Positions 39,871-48,410 of a DNA stretch of 64,000 nt are shown piece after piece (within the stretch, counting starts at the first letter, position 1; each line of letters opens with the position of its first letter). A program made the position numbers and the translations under genes. The notes under the pieces are model-generated. The model did not search any database, was not told where the DNA came from, and was given only the letters and a program-made list of their open reading frames with translations. The DNA comes from Kiritimatiellia bacterium (GTDB taxonomy: Bacteria; Verrucomicrobiota; Kiritimatiellia; JAAZAB01), in contig JAXGPF010000012.1 of NCBI GenBank assembly GCA_040767085.1, positions 1-64,000 of the forward strand. Reading direction: 5' to 3'.

Positions 39871-40962
39871 TCATTCGGTTGATCCTTCCGTCCACTTGAG
39901 AATTTGCAGCTTCTTGCCGTCGAGTTTAATGATGCAATTGATCTGGATAGCCATATCCTTCACCTGGCCGACCGACTTCAGGTTGAAGATGCCATTGTGC
40001 TTAAAGGCGGGATTGTCGCCCTCAATCAAATTCAGTAGCGCTTTCAGTTCGTTCAAGTCGTTGTCGGTATATGGGATATCATCGCTGGTGCCGATAATGC
40101 CGTCGGGGCCGGCGCGCGAATCTATGATCTGCTGGGCCAGCAGGGAATCAATATTGTAATACCCCATCAGGGTGTCCAGGTCGGCGGCGTTGACGTTGAG
40201 TTTGCCGTCGGAGGGGTAAACGGTGAAAAAGCCGGCCAGGGCGTCAAAGACCGTGATTTCCCGGTCGGGAATGATTTCGTCAAATCCCTTGATCATGATC
40301 AACTCGTTCACCGTGTCGAGCATGCGGTTCTTGGCCTTGTAGGGCGGGTCGAGGCTTTCGTAGTAATCCGATTCCGCGCCATTCAGGAGCGTATCATCGC
40401 CCTCATCCACCCAGTCCACCAGCGTGTCCACCAGCACGATGCCGATATCCCACGGCACACCGGCCTGTTCCAGGATGGAGGCCATCCGCGCGGCCGCCAG
40501 TTTGTATTCATCCGATACGGAAGGTTTGAGCAGGTCCTGGATCAGCTTGACCAGGTCGATTTTGCCGTTTTCCGGGGTGATAGAAACCTTGATGAGGCCG
40601 CTGCCCAATTCGCGCTGCAATTCGGCGCCGCCGCCGTTGTAGATTGCCAGGGTGGCCGCGCGCATTTCTGTGTCTTCACCGAGGGATATATATGATTCCG
40701 ATTCGTGGTTTTTCAGGGCCGGGTCGTCGGTGGCGAACATGGCCATGCGCGCCAGTTCAATGCCGGAGCGCGCGAGGTATTCCGCCTGCAGCTTGCGCCG
40801 CCAGGTGGAGGTGATGCGCGACTCGATGTGCATGTCAAAGGCAAACGCCAGCACAAACATTGAAAGGAGGCCCACCACCCACAAAACCACCACCAGGGCC
40901 GAGCCGTCGCGGGTGTTTTGGCTTACGGACACGGATTGCATGCCGGCATTCGTTGTTTTCAT
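39871..40962 (-). CDS. gspK: Type II secretion minor pseudopilin K
   Basis: GSALVVVLW, ARSG, DWVD.GD, GAESDYY, ELIMIKG and LNVNAA motifs. Confidence 0.9.
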   Translation of the reverse strand: MKTTNAGMQSVSVSQNTRDGSALVVVLWVVGLLSMFVLAFAFDMHIESRITSTWRRKLQAEYLARSGIELARMAMFATDDPALKNHESESYISLGEDTEMRAATLAIYNGGGAELQRELGSGLIKVSITPENGKIDLVKLIQDLLKPSVSDEYKLAAARMASILEQAGVPWDIGIVLVDTLVDWVDEGDDTLLNGAESDYYESLDPPYKAKNRMLDTVNELIMIKGFDEIIPDREITVFDALAGFFTVYPSDGKLNVNAADLDTLMGYYNIDSLLAQQIIDSRAGPDGIIGTSDDIPYTDNDLNELKALLNLIEGDNPAFKHNGIFNLKSVGQVKDMAIQINCIIKLDGKKLQILKWTEGSTE

Positions 40963-41789
40963 GGCGGGCCGCCTCTTTGCGGATGGGACAGGGGCGCGAC
41001 GGGTATTACGACCGTGCGCCGCAACTCCACCGGGTCATCGCCCGGTTCCAGCGGCGTCAGGTAAAGCGACATTTCCACGGCCAGGGGGAGGGTATTGGTC
41101 AAGGCGTCCTCCCATTCTTCTTCCCATTCCCAGCCGTCGTCGCCGACATTGGTGGAGACGCGGCAATCCAGGCCGACGATATTGGCCGCGATGAAAAAAG
41201 GCGGCTCTTCTTCCGGGTCGAAATCATCCAGCAGCCCGGTGTAAGGCGGCCAGGCGCGCGCCGCCAGGGCCGGCTGCCCATCCTCGTCTTCCTCCACGGA
41301 TAGTTGTATCCGGTGCGGCCCATGTTGCCGGGGCGAGTCCTGCGGCAGCAGTTCGGGGCCGTTTTTGACCCAACTGATAACATCGCGCGCCTCCGCGCCT
41401 TCGCCGTTGTCCTCCAGCCAGAAACCGAATCCCGCGGACTGCGCGCCGGCATCGGCGGAGTATGGGTAAAAGGACGAACGCAGCCCGGCGGAGATTTGTT
41501 CCATCATGAATTCCCCGCGGTTGAGATTGTCCGCCATCGTCGTGCCGCGCTGCCAGGCGCGGGTGATGCCGTAAAACGTGCTGAGGGCGATGGCCATGGC
41601 GGTGGCCATGATCGCCAGGGCGATCAGCAGTTCCAGCAGGGTGAATGCCCGTTGCGCCGGGCGGGAATCCCCGACCGGCGGACCGGCCGGGGCAGGGTGC
41701 GGCCTCCGGCCGCGGCTTGCGGCGTATCCGGCATCGCCCGGGCGACATGGCAAAAGGGCGGCGCAGCAAGCATTTGACACCTTGTTCAT
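40959..41789 (-). CDS. Prepilin-type pseudopilin (GspJ-like)
   Basis: RAFTLLELLIALAI cleavage/methylation motif and C-terminal LPLAVE; overlaps the gspK start; start codon uncertain. Confidence 0.8.
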   Translation of the reverse strand: MNKVSNACCAALLPCRPGDAGYAASRGRRPHPAPAGPPVGDSRPAQRAFTLLELLIALAIMATAMAIALSTFYGITRAWQRGTTMADNLNRGEFMMEQISAGLRSSFYPYSADAGAQSAGFGFWLEDNGEGAEARDVISWVKNGPELLPQDSPRQHGPHRIQLSVEEDEDGQPALAARAWPPYTGLLDDFDPEEEPPFFIAANIVGLDCRVSTNVGDDGWEWEEEWEDALTNTLPLAVEMSLYLTPLEPGDDPVELRRTVVIPVAPLSHPQRGGPP

Positions 41790-41862
41790 ACCGTTCCAAT
41801 TTAGCGCAAAAGGCCGGGCGATACAATACAAACATCGCCGGGGAGGACTTCCTCGGCGCGGT

Positions 41863-42160
41863 ACGCCGTTCGGCTGCTGCAGAAGCATTCCGGAATGTCC
41901 GTCAAAGCCGGACCGCTACAGGAATCTGGATGTAGTGGCGTCCGGCTTCGCTGCAGCTACGCCGGATACGGCCAGGCTTCGGCGGGCATGGCCAAGGATT
42001 GTCTTGCGTAGGGCTGCGTCATTCTCGTGAAAGACGGCTCCGTCGGAGACGTCGCCCTACCTTCAGCAGATTCCCCAGGTGGGGCGAGCTCTACGAGCGA
42101 GCCGTCCGACTTTGACGGACTTCGTATTGCTCAGCCGGGCAAGCTGACCGCCCTCCCGAA
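41863..42160. repeat. Mixed REP-like cluster
   Basis: Shares units with 16972-17044, 29214, 49270-49600, 60343-60530 and 62326-62494. Confidence 0.75.
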
Positions 42161-42277
42161 GAATAAAAAACAGAAGGTCAGACGTTCGGATCAATCCACC
42201 TGCATCAGGAGGTCTGATGCTGGCCTGACGCTAATTAGATCCCGTTCGAAAAGGTTTTCGAACGGAATCTAATTGCG

Positions 42278-42412
42278 TTGGCTGGCGTGGCTGTGCCCGC
42301 CATAGTTCGCCGCGGCGAACGACGGCTGGGAAGGCGGCCCTCCAAGAATACAAAACTACAGGTTTTAGGAGGATTGGATTACACCCGAACCATTCTGCGC
42401 GGACTTTTGAAA
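42278..42412. repeat. About 135-bp dispersed repeat, inverted copy at 62645-62780
   Basis: gcgtggctgtgcccgccatagttcgccgcggcgaacgacggctgggaag is identical in both copies. Confidence 0.9.
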
Positions 42413-42815
42413 GCAATTCTTTTTAATGCAATAAAAAAAGTCCCGGATTGCGCAAGATTTGCGGTATGCTAATATCTTGAAGCCCATGCATGGCTCGGTG
42501 CGTATCCGCGCAGACACCCTGCACAAATCTTGTGCGTGTAAAATTTCAGGCCAATAAACCTAAATACGGCAGTTGGTAAGTTTGCCGCGGATGCGCGGCG
42601 GCAAGGGTGACGGTGTATTAATATACTCCGAACCCTTGCCAACAAAGCAGATGCGGCAAAATCGCCAACCATTTTCCGGTTTGAAATTCAAAAATTTTCT
42701 CATACCCGAAAGGTGTTTGCGACAGAAATCCAATCTGCCATGTTTTCAATTGCTTACGTCAATTTTTGAATTTCAAATGCCGGATTTAGGATAAACCTAA
42801 TTGGAGGTGAACATC

Positions 42816-43475
42816 ATGTCTGATCAACAACCTGCGCCGGCGCCGTGTGCGCCGGGTGAACGGCCGCCTTTTAATGAGATTTCGGTGTTGTTTCCCATCC
42901 TCACGTTATGCACCGTGGCATACCTGGCCATGATCACGGCTGAATTTTTCCTGCAAGGCAGCTTGCGGGTGCCCGCCCAGATGTTGCCGGTATACATTGC
43001 TCTGCTGGGAGCTTATGCGGCGGACAAGGAAATCCGGCGTTGGGTGGGCGTGCCGGAGCCGTCCCGGCATGGATCGCTGTTTGTCTATGCCTGGCTGCTG
43101 CTGTTCCTGGTCATGATAGTGATCCATTTCTTCCGGAGCGAATTACCCTTGCCCGACGATTTGACCAGGGTGGTTTTGCAGGTGCTGGGAATTTTCTTCG
43201 GATCCAAGGCGTCGAAATATGTCCATGTCAAACGCCAGGATGCCGCGGCGTCCGAGACGGAAATCGAATTGACGCGCAGGCAGACACTCTTGATGGAACA
43301 TTTACGGGCGAAGGGGACCTTAACTTGTTCCGATGCCGTGGCGCTGTTGGGAGTGTCAAAGAGCGCCGCCAAGCGATTGTTGACGCGCATGCAGGAGCAA
43401 GGGCTGATTCGGCTGGAGGGCGAAGGCCGCGGCGCTCATTATGTCGCGGTGCATCCTGTTGACGCTCGCTCCTGA
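42816..43475 (+). CDS. Membrane protein with C-terminal winged-HTH
   Basis: RBS GGAGG; about 4 TM helices followed by LTRRQ...LGVSKSAAKRLL...GLIRLEGEGRGAHY. Confidence 0.8.
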   Translation: MSDQQPAPAPCAPGERPPFNEISVLFPILTLCTVAYLAMITAEFFLQGSLRVPAQMLPVYIALLGAYAADKEIRRWVGVPEPSRHGSLFVYAWLLLFLVMIVIHFFRSELPLPDDLTRVVLQVLGIFFGSKASKYVHVKRQDAAASETEIELTRRQTLLMEHLRAKGTLTCSDAVALLGVSKSAAKRLLTRMQEQGLIRLEGEGRGAHYVAVHPVDARS

Positions 43476-43477
43476 AA

Positions 43478-43503
43478 AAACGGCTCGGCTAGTTGAGCCG
43501 TTT
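43478..43503. terminator. Intrinsic terminator-like hairpin
   Basis: aaacggctc ggctagtt gagccgttt immediately after the stop codon. Confidence 0.6.
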
Positions 43504-43597
43504 CGGGCCATTGATTGGGCCGTTTCGGGCCGATACGGGCCGTTTCCTGGGCCGTATCGGGCCATTTGGGCTATTAAGCGTGTCGCAATGCCGACTG

Positions 43598-43825
43598 TCA
43601 TGAAAATGGGGCGGCGGCTTTTGACGGCTCCGTGGCAGGCACAGGCTGGTTGGCGGCTTTGTTGGCGTCCAGTCTGGCTTGGATGTCCGGCACCAGCTCA
43701 CGGATTTTCTTGGTGGTGCTGCCGGAGACATTGCCCTCGCCTCCCATGGCTTTCCAAATTCCACTAACGCTGGTGGCTCCCTGGGCGATGGCGGACTCTA
43801 CTGCTTCCTTCGTGATGATGTTCAT
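43598..43825 (-). CDS. Small hypothetical protein, possibly DNA-binding and of mobile-element origin
   Basis: Purine-rich RBS (AAGGGGG) and protein-like composition. Confidence 0.55.
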   Translation of the reverse strand: MNIITKEAVESAIAQGATSVSGIWKAMGGEGNVSGSTTKKIRELVPDIQARLDANKAANQPVPATEPSKAAAPFS

Positions 43826-44363
43826 TTTGACCCCCTTGAATTAGATGATATTTCTAATTTTGCGGGGGTGGTCCTACCGTGAATTTTTCCGGAAGTCAAG
43901 CTGGAACGCACGGAAAAATGCACGAATTTACAGGGGATTTCGTGAATTATTGGGGATTTTGGGGAATAATTGCTTGACTTGGTTGCGTCGGGTGGGGTAT
44001 GAATTTAAATGATTATTTATAGGAGATGTGGGGCATGATTTTGGTTGAATTGGATTAAGCCCAATATTGGTTGGGAATAATTATCCAATTGCATGGCTCA
44101 TTATTGTTATTCCGGCGTGTTTGATTATTGGATTCTATCCAGATGCACAGGCACAAATATATTATAGGTATTATTGATAAAAAAAGACAAAATACTGAAA
44201 GGTTATAATCGTGAAATATCATCATGTTCTCCAAGGGACAATTGCTCTATTACTATTGTGTCTGACGGTGATAGTGGAGTGGCAATAAATAGTATAATTA
44301 TATTCCGGCGGTATAGGATTATTGAAGAAGCCAATAATATCAACAACTATATTAAGAGGTTTT

Positions 44364-44825
44364 ATGAGAAACAATTTGTTATACATCATGACTAGTATCG
44401 TTTTGTTATTTAGCATATTATTAACTTCATGTGAAAATGATTCTAGTAATGGCAATTCTGAATCTGGTGAACGTACATATGTGTCATGGTCAAATAGCGA
44501 AAATGGCGAATGGGTGTTAGACGCCAATAATGATTTCGTAAGGTTTGATGCAGATACACGCGAGATGGTGCTTGGTGATACGGTGTGCCCATCTTTGACT
44601 CTTGGAGATGACGGCAGTATTTACCATAACGGGGCAAGAATTGGTAGAGTGGCTGGTTGGGCGAGTTCAAATGAAGGCACTGTTGTTGTAATGGCTGGAA
44701 ATAATGATAACGAACTTATTGATATATATGGGACGGCACCGAATGTGGGATGGCAATATCATAAAATATCTAATGACAGAAAACCACAGCCAACTCCATA
44801 TCCACCATATTATCCGCCATGGTAA
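44364..44825 (+). CDS. Putative lipoprotein
   Basis: Lipobox LLTS-C after a hydrophobic leader; Pro/Tyr-rich tail. Confidence 0.7.
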   Translation: MRNNLLYIMTSIVLLFSILLTSCENDSSNGNSESGERTYVSWSNSENGEWVLDANNDFVRFDADTREMVLGDTVCPSLTLGDDGSIYHNGARIGRVAGWASSNEGTVVVMAGNNDNELIDIYGTAPNVGWQYHKISNDRKPQPTPYPPYYPPW

Positions 44826-44834
44826 ACTCATTGT

Positions 44835-45308
44835 ATGGCTTATAAAAATACGGCTATTGAAGCAGCACGGGCAGTTGTTGTTGAGGACATCCATTATTGT
44901 GAACAAGCATACGTCGCCGATCCTTTGAATCAAGTAGCTCGGCGTAATTTAATAAGAGCAGAGTTTGCGTTTATAGATGCCGGGCTTCACGTTATCAAAT
45001 ATATGGGTGCCGGTGGCGATGAACACAAAATACCACAAAAGACCCCCGCTAAAGAAGGTATGATTAATGCCTATGATAATCTTGCCGATAAATTGAAGAT
45101 TCCGATAAAATTTAAAAGAAATAATGCAGGGTGGGATGCCATGACCAAGGCAATAAAAATACGTGATCGTATTACACATCCTAAAAAACCATCAGACCTC
45201 GTAATTTCAGATTCTGATATGAAGATTTTCAAAAGGGCTGTCGAATGGTTTGCAACGGCTATGGTGGAGATTAAATCTGTAGTTGAAAATAATCTTTGCA
45301 CTATTTAA
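44835..45308 (+). CDS. HEPN-like helical protein
   Basis: R-x4-H motif (RDRITH) near the C-terminus of an all-helical-looking protein. Confidence 0.55.
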   Translation: MAYKNTAIEAARAVVVEDIHYCEQAYVADPLNQVARRNLIRAEFAFIDAGLHVIKYMGAGGDEHKIPQKTPAKEGMINAYDNLADKLKIPIKFKRNNAGWDAMTKAIKIRDRITHPKKPSDLVISDSDMKIFKRAVEWFATAMVEIKSVVENNLCTI

Positions 45309-45324
45309 AACGAAAGGGTTGTTA

Positions 45325-45981
45325 ATGGAAGACAATACCAGTGATAAAGTTCCGGAAGATGTAATTTCAAAGACGGCTTCTGGAAATATGTCCTTAGTTT
45401 ACGGTATTATTAATTGGTGCAGGAAAATATCAATTATACATCTATGTGTTATTATAGCGACGTTAACAGGTGTAGGGTTCTTGGCGTTATTTGCATGGAA
45501 GTTAAAAATCGAGCATCCATTGTTATGGGCGAAAAGATCTATTGGAATTCATCAGGCATGGGAAGGCGTTCATGGAATAATTATTATTTATCGGACTGAT
45601 ATTCTTGTTGATCAATCAGGAAGAAAATCAGTTGTTTGCAAAGTGTTGGCAAAATTTGAAAATTTAGAAGAAGATTCTATTCTAACTATTGACAAAATAG
45701 TTTTGGAATTTTATGCCAAGGACGTTAAAGAGGATAAATTAGATATTTATCATGATAATAGCTTGTGCTATTATTATAATTATGGAAATGCAAAATTGTT
45801 TTTGTGGGATACCGAAATAGATATATCACAAAAAATGGGTGACAGGAATAAATCTGGTGATATACGTGGATGTTATACAATCGTCATGCCTGTAGATTAT
45901 TTTATAAAAACTGAAAATATGTTCGTTAAAATATTTGGATCTCATCAAAATATCAAACCTGTCGAACAAATAACTGAATAG
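45325..45981 (+). CDS. Membrane-anchored hypothetical protein
   Basis: One TM near the N-terminus; long open frame in AT-rich DNA. Confidence 0.6.
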   Translation: MEDNTSDKVPEDVISKTASGNMSLVYGIINWCRKISIIHLCVIIATLTGVGFLALFAWKLKIEHPLLWAKRSIGIHQAWEGVHGIIIIYRTDILVDQSGRKSVVCKVLAKFENLEEDSILTIDKIVLEFYAKDVKEDKLDIYHDNSLCYYYNYGNAKLFLWDTEIDISQKMGDRNKSGDIRGCYTIVMPVDYFIKTENMFVKIFGSHQNIKPVEQITE

Positions 45982-46042
45982 ACTGTATTTTTACCTTGCA
46001 TTTATGGTAATCAATATTACCACAAAGCACAGGAGCAACAAT

Positions 46043-46375
46043 ATGAACAATAATCCCCACTTAAAAAATGAGCATAGTATAAAATGGCTCAAATATCCAC
46101 ATAAATATCCTTATCTTCGCGAGGGTACAGCAATGGTGTCCAGAAAAGATGTTTGGCTGAAGAAATATTACAATAAAAATGGCACCCTTATTGGCTTTGC
46201 TATTCTTAAGCCGGAAACCAAAGCCATAAAAGCATATTATTACAGAAGATACTGGTGGATTAAGGACCGCACTGGTGAAACGGCTTGTGATCCATACGTT
46301 AGCGGTTACCCTGGCTAAGCGGTTAAACCATCAACCATTGCTGTTGGCACCAAATCGGAACGTGGCAGAGAATAA
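46043..46375 (+). pseudogene. DUF6009-like gene with premature stop
   Basis: IKWL...Y.YLRE, IGFA.L and RRYWW, then PG*AVKPSTI; TAA at 46316-46318 sits where Glu is expected. Confidence 0.55.
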
Positions 46376-46416
46376 ATATATTGTGGTTTATTTAAAATTG
46401 TCTTAGACGGGTGGGT

Positions 46417-46908
46417 ATGTTGTTTTTCAAAACATTTAACATAAGTCCGAAAATAATATTGGCTCTGTGTTGCACGGTAGCATGGACCTCTGCAACCTAT
46501 GGTCAATTGGATAAATCTGAGGAGTATTTCCAGACTCTTTATGGCAAACCCAAACACATTGAGCAAGAAAGCGACGGATCAAAAATATTATTTTACATCG
46601 ATGATTCTTACATCATTACGGTCAGATTTATTAGGGGGACATCTGTCTTGATCGCGTATGAAAAGATCGATGGAAATAAGGGGACACAAGAACAGGTAGA
46701 TTTGACGGATGGGGATATCAAAAGATTCTTGGAAGAGTATAGAGATGGACAACAGTGGAAGCCTGTTAAAGTACCCAGCTCAAGATATGTAACAGGGGCT
46801 TCAAAGATGTGGAAACGCTGTGATGAGAAACTCGTTGCAAATTATCAGTCTGAAACAAAACTTCTTTATTTAGCCACGCCTGATTATCTTAACAAACAGG
46901 AAGAATGA
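46417..46908 (+). CDS. Secreted hypothetical protein
   Basis: Signal-peptide-like N-terminus, YGKP motif. Confidence 0.65.
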   Translation: MLFFKTFNISPKIILALCCTVAWTSATYGQLDKSEEYFQTLYGKPKHIEQESDGSKILFYIDDSYIITVRFIRGTSVLIAYEKIDGNKGTQEQVDLTDGDIKRFLEEYRDGQQWKPVKVPSSRYVTGASKMWKRCDEKLVANYQSETKLLYLATPDYLNKQEE

Positions 46909-47244
46909 AAACGCATCATTGAAGGGCGTGGGAATAAGCTGCTATATTTAGGCAGGATTGCGAACCCAAAATGGGGAAAACGGCAGAGTGGGCAAGCAAA
47001 AATCCAAGAGGGACAGCGTGATGGGATGCGCCTTGCCAACCCCAAAAAAATGACATCAATTCCATTGCCCCCACGATCACCCCACGAGCACATTTTTGAG
47101 CACGACTGACCACTTTTGAGCAAAATTGAGCACATTGACCAAGCCCGCCCAGGCAAAAAACGGCTAAAAATATTACTGGACAATGGGCTGTTTACGCTCC
47201 AATCATGCTGAAAACATTGGCATTTCCCAACAAAAACAATGGAT

Positions 47245-47273
47245 TTGACATGCCCGGCGAAAAAAAGTAGGCT
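47245..47273 (+). promoter_or_regulatory. sigma70-like promoter of the tRNA
   Basis: TTGACA-17-TAGGCT. Confidence 0.65.
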
Positions 47274-47288
47274 GTTGTTTGTTTTTCC

Positions 47289-47365
47289 GGGCGATTAGCT
47301 CAGTTGGTTAGAGCACTACCTTGACATGGTAGGGGTCACAGGTTCGAGTCCTGTATCGCCCACCA
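47289..47365 (+). tRNA. tRNA-Val(GAC)
   Basis: Cloverleaf with GGGCGAT/ATCGCCC acceptor stem, anticodon arm CTACC-TT-GAC-AT-GGTAG, GGTTCGAGTCC T-arm and encoded CCA. Confidence 0.97.
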
Positions 47366-47390
47366 GCCTTCGCCCGTCAATTGGTGCGGC

Positions 47391-48410
47391 ATGATTATCA
47401 GGACTTATGCGTATCCGCGGGCGGGATTGGTCGGCAATCCCTCCGACGGGTATTTCGGCAAGACCATCTCGTTCGTCTTCAGCAACTTCCGGGCGGAAGT
47501 GACGCTATACGAGTCGCCGGAACTGGAAATCCTGGCCAATACCCGCGATCATTCCCGCTTTAAAAATATCGGGCATCTGGCGGAAGATGTGCGCCATTTC
47601 GGCTACTACGGCGGCATCCGGCTGCTCAAGGCCACCATGAAGCGGTTTCACGACTACTGCGTGGAAGCCGGGATCAAGTTGCCCAACCGTAATTTCACCG
47701 TCAGTTACCACACCAATATCCCTTCGCAGGTGGGGTTGGCCGGTTCCAGCGCCATCATCACTGCCTGCCTGCGGGCTTTGATGCGGTATTACGAGGTTAA
47801 AATACCGCTGCCCATCCAGCCTAACCTGGCGCTTTCCGTGGAAAACCGCGAACTGGGCATCTCCGCCGGGTTGCAGGACCGGGTCGTGCAGGCATACGAA
47901 GGCCTGGTTTACATGGATTTTGACCGCGGCCATATGGAGCAGCACGGTTATGGCCGCTACGAGCGTCTCGATCCGGCTGCTTTGCCGCTCTTGTATATTG
48001 CCTATCGCGACGATTTGTCAGAAGGCTCGGAAGTGTTCCACAATGATATCCGGGGCCGGTTCGAACGCGGGGAGCCGGAAGTGCTCGACGCGATGCGTTT
48101 CTGGGCGGATTTGACCGACCGGGTCAAGGCACGCTTGCTGGAGGGCCGGGGCGCCGACATCGGGCCGCTGCTGGACGCTAATTTCGACCGGCGCTGTAAA
48201 ATTTATAAAATCAGCCCCGGCAATCTCAAGATGGTCGAAGTTGCCCGGACCGTCGGCGCCAGCGCCAAGTTTTCCGGCTCCGGCGGCGCGATTGTCGGGA
48301 CTTATACGGATGAAGGCATGTTCGCGCGGCTGCGCGCGGTGCTGGCGCCCATGAACGTGAAAATTTTTAAGCCGGCGCTTAAACTGCCGGATTCGGAGGA
48401 GGCCTTATGA
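47391..48410 (+). CDS. GHMP kinase, glucuronokinase-like
   Basis: RAGLVGNPSDGYFGKTIS, YYGGIRLL, TNIPSQVGLAGSSAI, AGLQDRV and KFSGSGGA closely recall plant glucuronokinase. Confidence 0.85.
   Translation: MIIRTYAYPRAGLVGNPSDGYFGKTISFVFSNFRAEVTLYESPELEILANTRDHSRFKNIGHLAEDVRHFGYYGGIRLLKATMKRFHDYCVEAGIKLPNRNFTVSYHTNIPSQVGLAGSSAIITACLRALMRYYEVKIPLPIQPNLALSVENRELGISAGLQDRVVQAYEGLVYMDFDRGHMEQHGYGRYERLDPAALPLLYIAYRDDLSEGSEVFHNDIRGRFERGEPEVLDAMRFWADLTDRVKARLLEGRGADIGPLLDANFDRRCKIYKISPGNLKMVEVARTVGASAKFSGSGGAIVGTYTDEGMFARLRAVLAPMNVKIFKPALKLPDSEEAL

Larger units (their letters stand above)
43850..47240. mobile_element. AT-rich genomic island remnant next to tRNA-Val
   Basis: Sharp visible drop in GC, co-oriented hypothetical genes, no integrase seen. 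Confidence 0.7.

Noticed and set aside
42510..42590. c-di-GMP-I riboswitch
   Set aside because: Only a loose resemblance; the GNRA tetraloop/receptor arrangement could not be matched.
42400..47365. att-site duplication of tRNA-Val bounding the island
   Set aside because: I found no copy of either tRNA end near the left boundary.
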